Assembly (NCBI RefSeq): GCF_006345805.1
Contig: NC_042997.1
Span: 78,864,001 to 78,928,000, forward strand
Reading direction: 5' to 3'
DNA: 64,000 bases
From: Octopus sinensis
Lineage: Eukaryota
The position numbers and the translations under genes are program-made. Under the pieces are notes generated by a model. The model worked only from the letters and a program-made list of their open reading frames with translations. It had not been told where the DNA came from and did no database searches. Position 1 is the first letter of the stretch. Each line of letters opens with the position of its first letter. Shown here piece by piece: positions 1 to 11,504 of this stretch.

Positions 1-430
1 CTTTTTTTGCCAACCTTTCATCCAGCTTTTTGAAAAACAGTTTTTCATCAGTTGATGTGTCTGGGTGTTGGCAAATCCACTCCTCATAAAATTTCTCAGC
101 CTATAATAGGAAAAGAGCTTGTGATAATCTCACATGCAGCAATGTTCTAACATTCACAAACCATTCAAACAAGGCATCTCTCACGCCTGGTGCTTTTGTT
201 TTATGACCTTCTCCAGCGACTCTGAAACGTTTCTTTGGATTTATTTTCAGCGCTGTCAAGTTCAGCTTTCAAATACTTTTCATGGTAGCATTTGACTACT
301 TTAACAGCAGAATCAAATGGTCAATCAGAGTTTTTGATACTGGCTAAATTCGATTAAAACAAATGAACTGCTTTGGCGAGACATCCCTGTTTCAGGGTGT
401 TTGGGACATGGCGTTTCCTTTTAGCATCCC
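1..430 (-). mobile_element. Degenerate pogo/Tigger-like DNA transposase remnant (CENP-B-type HTH region), running off the window edge
   Basis: Manual minus-strand translation of ~245-1 gives KKRFRVAGEGHKTKAPGVRDALFEWFVNVR...KFYEEW, resembling the pogo-family HTH; stops and frameshifts are present. Confidence 0.55.
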
Positions 431-1051
431 AATGAGTTTTCCCTTTCATTTGCTATAATTCAAAATCATATTCCTTTTTGCATTTATTCACCATGATAGC
501 AAGTGCTTGCTTTTCTCCTATAGAATAATTTCCATGTCACATCATGGAATACTCTTTTCTGTTCCATGATGTTATGAAAAAAAGTTCAAAGAGAAATTAC
601 TCATGTTGTTAAATCCTTATTCTGTAAAAAGCTTGTCCTGTAAGCATAAACTATTTATCATTGAAGTTCTTATTTTGCATGGAATTTGTGTTGATGATTG
701 GTAGTGAAATCGATGAGAAATTGAAAATGATTTGTTGACTATAGTGTGGAATAGCAGTAAACTCTTGTGTATGTTACAGACTGGGGCAGTTGTCCAGCCT
801 CAAGTTTTTATAAACTCTGGCTGGTTGTAAAGAATATTTTCTGACAATTTCCTTGTTTTCTATGTATCCTGAAGCAGGTGTCTTGTGTCTCGATATGATT
901 GATCTTCTTAAGGTTGAAGGGGTTATCAATGCCCTGAAATGTTGAAGGCTGACGAGCAGGAATGTTGGCTACATATATTCTGTGAATAAATATTTTTCTT
1001 CTATGTGTTATGAAAACAAATAGAACACTCCAGGTTTTCTTCCAATTCCTG

Positions 1052-1087
<36 letters not shown>

Positions 1088-1537
1088 GTCATGCTGATTC
1101 ACAATTTGTGTCAGTCAAAATAATAATGGATTCCCCAGGCTTTGCTTTGTACTAGTAATGGGAATCAGTTTAATCAACTTTCCCCTTCCCTTTAAATTGC
1201 TGGCCTTGTACCTAAGCATCAGGCAATGTTCCTTGAAGCATAGTTATGGCCCATTATGTTCTGAGTTCAATCGCGCTAAGGTTAGCTTTACCTTTCATCT
1301 CTTTGGGGTCAATAAAATAAAGCACCAGTAATGTATTGGTCCGCTTTAATCCACTTGTCCCTTTCCACAAATTGTTGACAGTGTGTCTAAATGAGAAATC
1401 ATTATTTAAAATTTTCTAGGCTATCACCCTTGATTTTTTTTCCTAAAACCGGAATTAGTTATTTAGTTTATATATCCTATTTATTTTATAACATGTGGCA
1501 TTACTTGTATTGTTCGTTTTTTTTTTGTCATATATAT

Positions 1538-1910
1538 TCTATTCTTTTATTTGTTTCAGTCATTTGACTGTGGCCGTGCTGGAGTACTGCCTGTAGTCAA
1601 ACAAATCGCCCCCAGGACTTATTCTTTGTAAGCCTAGTACTTATCCTATCGGTCTCTTTTGCCAAACCGCTAAGTTACAGGGATGTAGGCACACCAACAT
1701 TGGTTGTCAAGCGATGATGGAGTGGGGTACAAACATACATATATATACGATGGGCTTCTTTCAGTTTCCATCTACCAAATCCACTTACATGGCTTTGGTC
1801 AGCCCGAGGCTATAGTAGAAGACACTGGCCCAAGGTTCCACGCAGTGGGACTAAACCTAGAACCATGTGGTTGGTATCAAGCTACTTACCACACAGCTAT
1901 GCCTGCACCT
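1538..1910 (-). mobile_element. tRNA-headed SINE, family B
   Basis: Reverse complement starts GGTGCAGGCATAGCTGTGTGGTAAGTAGCTTG (A-box-like), contains GGAACCTTGGGCCAGTGTCTT and ends GACTGAAACAAATAAAAGAATAG; homologous to the copies at 26028, 26420, 26837 and 46115. Confidence 0.85.
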
Positions 1911-3125
1911 ATATATAATATTTTTAATGTGAAATAAAATTTCACCATAGATAGATTAGCAAAATTTAATAAGTGGGGAGGGTTGGAGTAAAAGTTGCGG
2001 TGGGGATCAAAAAAATCTGAAATATTAATAAGCGGTGGTAGTGGAAAAAGCACTGCTTAGTGTGGGGATGGGGGCGATATTCAAAACCCCAGAGTACATT
2101 GATATATGTTAAACTGAGGGGTGTTTTTTTTTTATTATTTTAGCTTAAATATTCACTTTTACTTTCTTAAACTACCTAGTGTTATTTAATTTGGTGGCCA
2201 GCAAAGAATTTTTTCGTCCATTATTCAATGCAGTCTTCATTTATGTTTGTTTGTTTTTTAGATGGTAAGGTGTGATTTGAGGGGGTATTTGACTAGTATT
2301 TCTTGCAGGCTGTGCAGTTTCCTTTCAGTTACATTTATTAATAGATTTCAAAGATCGAAAGATTACTTGGTAATCTTTCGATCTTTGTGCATATAAAATG
2401 GCAAAATCACCAGTGATACAAACTGGATTAAAGTATAACTGAAGTTTTTTCATTCAATTGCAAAAGAACATGGTGTTCTATAGAGAGTAAATATTGTGCG
2501 GTGCAAGGCACTTAAAAATCTTTTTAAAACTTATTTACAGGAACAACCACAGAAACATATTCACTGCAATTATCTGATACACTAGATATTACTTTCTGTA
2601 TCATTTTATTAATTTTTAAAAGGATATAAAATAAATCAAATGCACTTTGATTATTTTCTTACATGGAATGCCTTTCAGTTCTATTTCATTACCAATCATT
2701 GCCGATTTTTAAAGTTTAGAATTTTCTGTTTCTCTTTGTAAATAAAGCCCGAATTTATACTTTATCACATGATTGAGATTTTTTATCTTACTTAACACAG
2801 TTCTTAGCAATCTTATTCAACAACATAAAATTATTGATTGGAAAGAGAAACGAATAGGGTTTGGGGGGGGATTTCTTTCCCTTCATTTCTCTTACTATAC
2901 CTGCGGCTCTCACAATGGAATTACAAAACAAAATGGTTCTCTTTTTTTTTTTTCTTACATTCTTGCTCCTATTTCCATGTCCTTTTCCATAAGGCATAGG
3001 GGCTATTCCAAAACTTCTCAAAGTTTAACCCTATAACAAATTGTCGTCTAGAACAAAATGAAGATTGAGCATGAATTTCCATTTTAAGTCTGTCTCATGA
3101 CCTTTGCATTTCTGTGCTTACCCGA

Positions 3126-3258
3126 CAGAGTGTAAGCACCCTGAGAGAAATGTTGGACATAAGAAGCATCAGATATGTGCAAGAGAGATGACTGTGCTGG
3201 TATGGTCATGTGTTACATATGGACGAGGAGAGCTGTGTGAAGAAGTGTCACTCCCTAA
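3126..3258 (+). mobile_element. Inverted fragment of the RTE LINE C-terminal coding region
   Basis: Reads QSVSTLREMLDIRSIR...WYGHVLHMDEESCVKKCHSL on +, matching the C-termini of the RTE copies at 19461-20144 and 60394-60795. Confidence 0.8.
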
Positions 3259-4660
3259 GGCCCTTCAATTCCAGACCTTGCTTTCACATCTGAAATTTCT
3301 TCTAGTTCTGGTAGTGATTAAGCTATAGGAACAAGGTCATCTGCATAGAGGAGCTCCCAGGGACAACCCATCTTAAATTCCTCTGTTTTTGCCTGGAGGA
3401 CTATGTTGAACAAGAGAGGGCTGAACTGATCCTTGGTGTACTCCTACTTGTACCCTGAATTCGTGCTGTACTCTTTGCCAGCCCTCACATTACTGACAGC
3501 ATCTCTGTACATAGCTCTTACCAACTAGATAAGGGATCAGGGGACCCTGTCAAAGGCTTTCTCCATGTCAACAAAAGCCAAGTACAGAAGTTTATCTTTG
3601 ACTAGGTATTTCTCCTATAGCTGCCTTACCAGAAATATAGCATCGGTGGTGCTTCTCCCTGACACAAAGCTAAACTGCTTCTCATCTAGACTAACTCTCT
3701 CCCTAATTAGTCAGGCTATGACCCTCTCTGTGACTTTCATCACCTGATCTAACAATTTGATACCTCTGTAATTATTTCTATCTAAGGCATCACCTTTACC
3801 TTTGTAGCAGTTGACTGTGATGCTGCTGCACCACTCATTGGGTATGACTCCTTCGTGTGCCACCTGATTAATTCTACAAGTGACTAGACCATAACCCATA
3901 CTACCAGATATTTTAAGCATCTCAGCGGTGATTCCCGTTGGGCTGGGGGCTTTCCCTGTCTTCATATCCTGTATGGCTTTGTCTACAACGCTACTGTATA
4001 TTCAGATTGCTGGTCATTCTGTTGGATCAACATTAGGTAGGCTCCCCTTCTCACGTGAGTTCTCTACATTTAGTAGCCTTTCATAGTGGCACTTCCAAGC
4101 CTCTTTCTTTGCAGAGTCACTAACTGCAAGTGAACCATCATTAATGCAAACACACTTCTCTCCCACAACATTGCAATTTTCCCTGGCACACTGTCTTACA
4201 AACTGAAACATTTCAAGCCACTGCTCCTCACATTGCAGAACATTGGCAAACTTCTTTTCTGGTTCATCCCTGGCTAAGTATACCTGCTTCCTAGCTGCCT
4301 GATATAGCTCCTTGCTACCACCAACCTTCCAGTCCTTCCACACATGTTTCTTTGCTTTAATGGCCCTGTCAACTACATTGTTCCACCACCATGCTATACT
4401 AGGTCTGGTTGGAACTTTACATCACCCACAAATTTGGTCCGTGGCCCTCAGTAAGTTGTCTCATAGGAACTCCCAGTTATCCTCTATATTGCAAATCTGT
4501 AATTCCTCCTCCTTCTCATCAAATACTTTGCTTAAGATGTCCCTAAACCTCTGACTATTCAGAGGATCCTTAAACTTCTTGATCCTTTTCTAAACTGGCT
4601 TGCAACTTGAAATCATTCATGCCTGCAGTTTAAAGTCACTCTCAAGTAACCTATGCTGAG
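3255..4660 (-). mobile_element. RTE-clade LINE fragment (EN-RT linker plus N-terminal RT), decayed
   Basis: ORFs 3711-3965 and 4014-4343 (KAPSPTGITAEMLK, NYRGIKLLDQVMKV) are homologous to the RT ORF at 20162-21190. Confidence 0.9.
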
Positions 4661-4834
4661 GGGTGGGGTAATTTCACTTTGCTATATAACAGCATATGTA
4701 TTTACTTTTGCTAACTCCATTCTACATATAAGCTCCTCAGAGGTAAATATGCTTATATTTAGAAATATGTTGATTTAAAATTTTGTTCTCAGTTGTAACT
4801 TAGTTCTTGTTTTTGCTTTGTTTCTTTTCTTTAG

Positions 4835-4960
4835 ACTATGCCAATTAACCCCAAACCATTTTTAAATGGCTTAACAGGAAAACCAGTCATAATAAAATTA
4901 AAATGGGGCATGGAATATAAAGGTTATCTTGTATCTATAGATGGGTACATGAACTTACAG
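4835..4960 (+). CDS. SNRPF: Small nuclear ribonucleoprotein F (SmF), first coding exon visible (probably exon 2)
   Basis: Polypyrimidine tract and AG at 4833-4834; encodes [42 protein letters not shown]; donor CAG|GTAAGA at 4961; 126 nt, phase 0; in-frame ATG at 4838. A presumed ATG-only first exon was not located. Confidence 0.96.
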
Positions 4961-5561
4961 GTAAGACTGTTTTCCCATTCTTTGAACTGCAATACTAGTA
5001 ATTCACCAATTGGTTTTAAAAATCAAATGGAGAACAAATGTTTTGTAAAGAATGTAAAATTCCTTACACATGTAATTCTCCATGTTATGTAAGTGATTAC
5101 AATTTGAATAAGGCCTTATTAGTTTCACACCAAGTCATAGTGGTAATCACACCATGGCATAGTGGCAATCAATTTGATTGTTATTTAGTCCTGGATCATC
5201 ACTGACAGCAAATGTATTATTAAGAGCAGCCTCAACAAATTCCATCTGACCCATGCAAAAGTGGATGTTAAAATGATAGTGATTCCAGTCATGATCATAG
5301 CAAACATTTCCTATTCAGGATTACATTATCTCTGTCTGCCTTTCCCACACTATAGGGTTTAATTTAATGGAAATTTGGCTACCAATCAAGTTACCAGATA
5401 GAAGTTTGGCTCATAATTGTATTGATTGAACAGTGGCCATATGTGCTCTTTTATCAGTATGAACACCTAAGAGTGCTAAAAGGTTCACCACACAAATTTT
5501 AATTATGCATTGTTCTCATTGTTTACAACAGTGGATTATACCTACTCGTGGTACATATTAA

Positions 5562-5792
5562 GGCGGCGAGCTGGCAGAATCGTTAGCAGATCGGGCGAAA
5601 TGCTTAGCGTTATTTCAGCTGCCGTTACGTTGTGAGTTCAAATTCCGCCGAGGTCGACTTTGCCTTTCATCCTTTTGGGGTCGATAAATTAAGTACCAGT
5701 TAAGCACTGGGGTCGATGTAATCGACTTAATACCTATGTCTGTCCTTGTTTGTCCCCTCTATGTTTAGCCCCTTGTGGGTAATAAAGAAATA
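5562..5792 (+). mobile_element. tRNA-headed SINE, family A, in an SNRPF intron, with a 10-bp target-site duplication
   Basis: Head GGCGGCGAGCTGGCAGAATCGTTAG, B-box GAGTTCAAATTCC, central CCTTTCATCCTTTTGGGGTCGATAAATTAAGTACC, tail AATAAAGAAATA; GGTACATATT duplicated at 5550-5559 and 5793-5802. Confidence 0.88.
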
Positions 5793-6186
5793 GGTACATA
5801 TTTTGGGTTAATTCAAACAAATTTAATTGTAGATTAGCTCTGCTCAAGTAGACCCTATCTTTTCAGAGGTTTTAGGACTATTGTCTAATGTGACATTTCC
5901 TTATTTCAGACAGTAGTCTGAAGATTTGGCTGTTATTCCCAGCAAATTGAGTGACCATGTAGTGGCTTTCCAATCAAAGTTCTGTGCCTTGGCTGTGGTA
6001 ACTGAATCCAACTCTCAGTCAGCTAATAGCATCTGAAGTTAAATTTGTTTGTTGGTAGGTTTCACTGTTTCATAGTTCAGGCTATTGAAAATTATAAACT
6101 TTAAGCCTTGGGGTGTTTTTTATTCCCCTTTAAGAAAGAATGTTTTTTTAGAAAATGTTACTAAAGAATAATTTTGATATTCACAG

Positions 6187-6251
6187 TTGGCCAACACTGA
6201 AGAGTATATTGATGGAGCATTAGCTGGAAATTTAGGAGAAGTGTTTTTGAG
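6187..6251 (+). CDS. SNRPF: SmF middle exon
   Basis: Acceptor TCACAG|; encodes [21 protein letters not shown] plus AG of an Arg codon (65 nt); followed by a non-canonical AG|GCAAGT donor. Confidence 0.95.
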
Positions 6252-7010
6252 GCAAGTCACTTTATATTGAATTGTTTTATTTTTTAATTACTTTATACAT
6301 TTTCAATTAACCAAAGTGTTGTGGCTATCATAGACTGTTGTCCAGTCTTTATATACTAGCTTTACTCTCAAGATTGCTGGTGGCAATAGAATCCACTCAC
6401 ACTTGGATATCAAGAACTAAATTCACCTTCACACTACCTGTCTCACCACCAGATAACTGAATAGCCAAGTATAAAAACTTTTCAATTTACTTCAACCTAA
6501 CAAAATGGCTGAACCTACGTGTCACCTTTGATTACTCTAGTCTCCTTCAATAGCACACAGATAGAATCTAGAAAAGTCTTGTACTATACTCAACATAGCA
6601 TGAACAATACCAAATTAAAACTCATGTTTTAATTTGGATGTTCTTTATGGTAAAGGACAGTTGAAAAAAGAAGTTGTAAATGATCCAAGTAATTATAACA
6701 TTTGAAAGAGGCAGATTTAAAGTGATGGAAACTGATCTCGGGCTAAGCCTCATAAAAGAAATGAGTGGCCATGACGAGCTTCATCTTTGAGACCTGTGTA
6801 AAAATGATGACATATACAAGATGCAGGTTGTGACATTACAGAGGTCATTTTGTAACCATGTGGTATGTGTCATGCACATACCTTGGGTAAGTGGTTTCTA
6901 CTTGAGGATCAGGCCAGCCAATGCCTAACATTTAACCTGTTTTTCAAATAAGGGATGTTCGTTCCATTTATCTTTGAAAACAGAGAGACACAACGTCAAC
7001 AAACATCACT

Positions 7011-7245
7011 GGCGTGTGGCGTAGTAGTTAAGAGTGCGGACTACTAACCCCAAGATTCCGAGTTCCATTCCAAGCAGTGACCTGAACAATAATAATAATA
7101 TCGTAAAGTACCTTAGGAATGAGAACCCAGGTTTGAAATTTCCCCAAGACACCTGATGAAGGCTGGAGAGTATATCAGACGAAACGTTGTATTAACAACT
7201 AACAAGATGAGTACAAATATCCATCGAATGTAAATAATGTACATA
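7011..7245 (+). mobile_element. tRNA-headed SINE-like element containing a hammerhead ribozyme motif
   Basis: A-box TGGCGTAGTAGTT (7017-7029), B-box-like GAGTTCCATTCC (7060-7071), (AAT)n linker, then the hammerhead motif at 7149-7192. Confidence 0.7.
7149..7192 (+). ncRNA. Minimal type I hammerhead ribozyme motif
   Basis: ACAC-CTGATGA-A-GGCTG(N10)CAGAC-GAAA-CG-TT-GTAT; palindromic stem III AACGTT; GUU cleavage triplet ending at 7188; one mismatch each in stems I and II. Confidence 0.75.
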
Positions 7246-7786
7246 ATTCTTCATCTCTTAAATATAGAACTGTATCACTGTTTCTAGTTCAGTACTTTTT
7301 CATATGAAGTGCAGAATGTAAATATTCACACACACATAACATGCTTCATACAGGTTTTGCCTACTAAATTCACTCAAGGCATTGCTCAGCCTTGGGCTAG
7401 AGTAGATGACACTTAATATGTCACAGTAGGACTGAACCTAAAGCTGCAAGGCTAAACTAACTTCTGAATCACTCTTGCAAGTGTGAGTTTATCTTTGGTA
7501 GCTTCACGAATTATCAGTAATTAATAAGAGAATATTTGTTATATATTACAATCAAAAGTTTGCAAACTTTGATATTGCTTACAGTTTCAACTTTAAAATA
7601 TATGTGAAATTTGTTGTTTTTAAGAGTTTTTTTTTTTTTAAACTTTAAATCCAAAAGTTGCATTTTGTAATTTTTTATTAGTTTAAAGTTATTCCATTCT
7701 ATATTCATTCTGAATTTTCTTATTTATGTATTTTATATATAACTAAAGGAATTTCTTTCTGATTTTGACATAATATTTTGTTTCAG

Positions 7787-7853
7787 ATGCAACAATGTTT
7801 TATATATAAGAGGAGTAGAGGAAGAAGACGAAGAGGGAGAGATGAAAGATTGA
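7787..7853 (+). CDS. SNRPF: SmF last coding exon
   Basis: Acceptor TTTCAG|; completes the Arg codon, then [21 protein letters not shown] (TGA at 7851-7853), matching the conserved SmF C-terminus. Confidence 0.96.
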
Positions 7854-8459
7854 ATCTTTTTTCATTATTTTGTCCATAAATTCATTTTTATTTCTTCTTT
7901 TAACTTTGTATTTGTTTATTCTTTAATTGCATTAATCTCAAGTTCATGTAAGGAAAATTTGACATCAAAGAATTGATAATGAGGAATTTATTTTCGTCCC
8001 CATTTTCAAAAACATTTCTATAATAGAAACAACTCTCCATATGGTTTTTCTTGAAAATCTATTGCATATTAGGCTGGTGGAGGTTATTGCTCCCCTTTTA
8101 ATGATATGGCTACATAGTAGTTTGTTTACTATAACATAGATGTTCATATTCCTACTGTCTTTGCATTCAATTTTCCTTGCTTATCAGATGGAAGTTTAAC
8201 TTACTGGAACAAAAGTTTTCAGTTAAATACCCTTCCTACTGTTAACTCAGACTTGTTTTTATTCAATTAGGTAAACCACATTAGTCAATCAGGGATTTAA
8301 GTATAAAGGGGGAGTGACTGCACATTTAACTCATGAAAAGGGAGTTTATTTCTATAACTCCTAGCATTAGGAAAAAATGACCATAGTGTGGTTAAATTAG
8401 AATTTTTTTTTTAAATTTTATTAAAATCTGGATTTATAAACCCATGGTGAGTAGTTTGA

Positions 8460-8710
8460 CATCATCATCATCGTTTAGCGTCCGCTTTCCATGCTAGCAT
8501 GGGTTGGACGGTTCAACTGGGGTCTGGGAAGCCAGAAGGCTGCATCAGGCCTAGTCTGATCTGGCAATGTTTCTACGGCTGGATGCCCTTCCTAACACCA
8601 ACCACTCCGTGAGTGTAGTGGGTGCTTTTTATGTGCCACCGGCACAGGTGCCAGGCGAGGCTGGCAACAGCCACGAACGGATGGTGCTTTTTACGTGCCA
8701 CCGGCACGTC
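8460..8710 (-). mobile_element. Short RTE 3'-tail element (5'-truncated LINE or tail-sharing SINE)
   Basis: (TCA)n-CGTTTAGCGTCCGCTTTCCATGCTAGC...GGATGCCCTTCC, the same type as the 3' ends at 19040, 41893 and 60002. Similar short copies on + at about 12570-12770, 35130-35250 and 36940-37115. Confidence 0.85.
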
Positions 8711-9039
8711 TTAATCCTATATTGTTTGAGACATCTGCGCATTTTGTTTTAGGAATTCTTAGTAATCTTAATGCTACAATAATTTGCAAGAAATTGAGTA
8801 CCAAAAAAGACTTCTTCTGGGCACCAGAAATTGTAGTGCCTTTTTTTTTATGTGGTGTGGTCAAGTATGCAAGTAGTTTTAATAAGCCCTGAACTTGTAG
8901 TCAGTAATACTTCTTAACCAAAAAACTTGTATCTGGTTGTATTCTTTTATTTGACTGTGACCATTTTGGAACTTATGTCTTGAATTGAGTACATGTAAGC
9001 TTAAAAAAAATATGTCAAACAAGTATTTCAAAATCAAGG

Positions 9040-9390
9040 TTACCTTCTTGAAGTTATGTACAGATCATTCTCTATGGAGCCAAAACCTTGGCTATGAAAG
9101 ACTACTTTGTTCTTACTAGGACTCAAAACTTAGCATAACCACAAGAGCAAAAAGAAGGCTTATAGATACATTCCACAATCAGTATAGGGTTTTGCTAGCC
9201 ACTGCTATCATACTGAATAACAGGTCATTCAGATGTTATATTCTGGAGACTTCATTACCATACTAGAGAACAGACAACTGTATTGATGTCACTGGCAAAG
9301 ACACAACATTAAATTGAAGACCTATAAAAGAAGACAAAGATTTGTGGTGCAGCATTGTGAGACACATTTTGGGCTGCAGCAACTTCAAGA
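9040..9390 (+). mobile_element. Highly decayed LINE RT C-terminal fragment
   Basis: CTCTATGGAGCCAAAACCTTGGCT reads LYGAKTLA, resembling the LYGxETW motif of RTE-type ORFs; the rest is heavily degenerate. Confidence 0.35.
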
Positions 9391-10670
9391 AGAAAACCAC
9401 TCCCAAAACTCAACCATTTAATAAAATATGTTACCCATTTGACATAATGGGAGACCAGTAAATACAGCTTGTATATTTGAAGGTGTTTTGGGGCTCATGA
9501 TCATAATGTTGTGGGTTCGAGTCTTGGACCAAATCAGTATCTGGTGAGTTCTAGTGCTGCCATCTCTCCCTTTTAGATTTTTTTTTTTTTTGTCGTATGT
9601 GAGGCCAAGATGACTATCTAGCACAATTAGCAAAAGCATGGAGGGGCTTCCACACAATGTCTGTTTATCAAATTTCACTCACAAGGCATTGGTCAATTTG
9701 AGGTTGAACCTAGAACTACACAGGTCTGTGGAATTAAAAGTTCATTATTGGTGAGTGTATGCCATGAAATTTCAGATATAAATTGTTGCCCATCTCTTTT
9801 TTTCACTCCAAAGAATAGAAACATAATATCTTTGAAATTGTTTGACTTCTGTACAAAAGCAATCTTCTATATATGCATACACACACGTACATGTCTGTAC
9901 ATAAATTGTAAATACTCCATTGAATACAAAAATAAACTGTCCTTGTTCATTTTTACAAAAATCCAAAATTTTCACATTCATACTGCCACACACTGTACAA
10001 TAAACTTATATTAGTTAATAGACTCAAACTGAAGAACAAAAAGCCACAGAAATTGGTAGTTGGTATGTACATTACCTAAATTATATCAAAAGATTCAATG
10101 CATGCTATCGTCAATATCAATCTAACTTGTAAACTAAAATAGAAATTGGCAAAGCAAATGGCAAGAAAACTCATATGGTTAAAAACTATGTTCAGGCAAC
10201 ACTGCAAAGCAAAAGATCTCACCAGGATACACAGACAACAAATTCTTCTAAAGGCAAAAGGAATAATATTAAAACATTCCCAACAGAATCCCCGCCAAAA
10301 TAAAAGCCTAACTCTGTCATGACACTAAAAGAGAATTTCACAAGGGAAAGTGCTTATCCACTCATCTACTTTCAGGTATTTCTACCATACTGTATGCCAA
10401 TTGTTTAGCTCCAGAATTTTTTTGCATTGCAATGCTAAATACACATTTATTAAATATGCAAATGAAAATTTATTTATAAATTCTCTCAATACTTAATTGT
10501 GTGTGTGTATAATTTATTACCATTCTGTCTAATTTACATCCTATTAAATTTAATTTCTTAGATGTGGGTAGAAATAATTACAATATGGTCAGTTGATAAA
10601 GCAGTAATGGAATGACATGAACTTCTATAGGTTCCAGTTAATAGAATCTGAAATCATTTTTTTCTTTTAT

Positions 10671-10706
<36 letters not shown>

Positions 10707-11342
10707 AATTTCTTCTATGGTATTGATAAAATTTAAATCTGATTATCACCAGATTTCTGCTTGAGCAGAAATGATAGACCAGCTGTTTCTAATAATATAA
10801 ACTGACAGAAACTGGATAGAATAAGGAAAAAAAAAGTTAATCGGTTCATTGAAAAAAACTTTAATATCATTTTCACAGTGTAATAGCATTCAACTTCCTA
10901 CACAAGATTAAATTTTGGCACATGCAAATACAAACCATATGGAAACTAAGAGAGTCATTTACATCAAAACCAATTTCAATCATGCTCCTACTATTTTTAA
11001 GAATCTTGTCAGCAGTGTTAGTGGATGTATCTCCAGTTTGTAATCTGATGAGAATGTTCAACAGAACTGCAAGTCATCTTTTATCCGTTACTTGTTTTAA
11101 TTATTAGTATGCGGCTAGGCTGAGGTACCACTTTGAAGAATTTTTAGTCAAATAAATCAACCCCAGTACTTAGTAAATTTCTTACCACAGAGCCATGGCT
11201 ACACCTACAACAAAGCACTGGAAACTGGGTTCTTTTTAGTTTCCACATGCAATATTGCCCGGAGCTTCTTAGATCTGATCTGGAAACATTAGTGTGGATC
11301 ACAAATGTTCCTAATCATTTAACTTACAAAACTTTAAAATTA

Positions 11343-11504
11343 CTGTATTTTAACGTGTATAAGGAAACTTTTTTTTTTCAAAAATTAAGTTAAAAAATAT
11401 GGGAGTTTCTTATACATGGATAGTATTATAATCTCTTACAAAACCTTTTTTCCAAATTTTAAACCCAAAAAATTAGAAGGTTCCTTATACATGTTAAAAT
11501 ACGG
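11343..11504. mobile_element. MITE with ~25-bp terminal inverted repeats (Tc1/pogo-like)
   Basis: Left TA|CTGTATTTTAACGTGTATAAGGAA; the right end reverse-complements to CCGTATTTTAACATGTATAAGGAA. Confidence 0.75.

Noticed and set aside
1053-1086. Long poly-T run as a retrocopy tail
   Set aside because: No matching processed-gene body or TSD could be assigned.
2262-2270. ATG|GTAAGG as the missing ATG-only first exon of SNRPF
   Set aside because: It lies within a dispersed repeat (GATGGTAAGGTGTGATTTGAGG family) with no promoter-like context. The true first exon may lie upstream of the window.
5562-5640. tRNA genes at the SINE heads (also 7011, 26028, 48824)
   Set aside because: A/B boxes are present but run into SINE bodies without a complete cloverleaf or acceptor stem.
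11043-11075. CTGATGA motifs at about 11044, 38535 and 47040
   Set aside because: No stem II-GAAA-stem III arrangement follows them.
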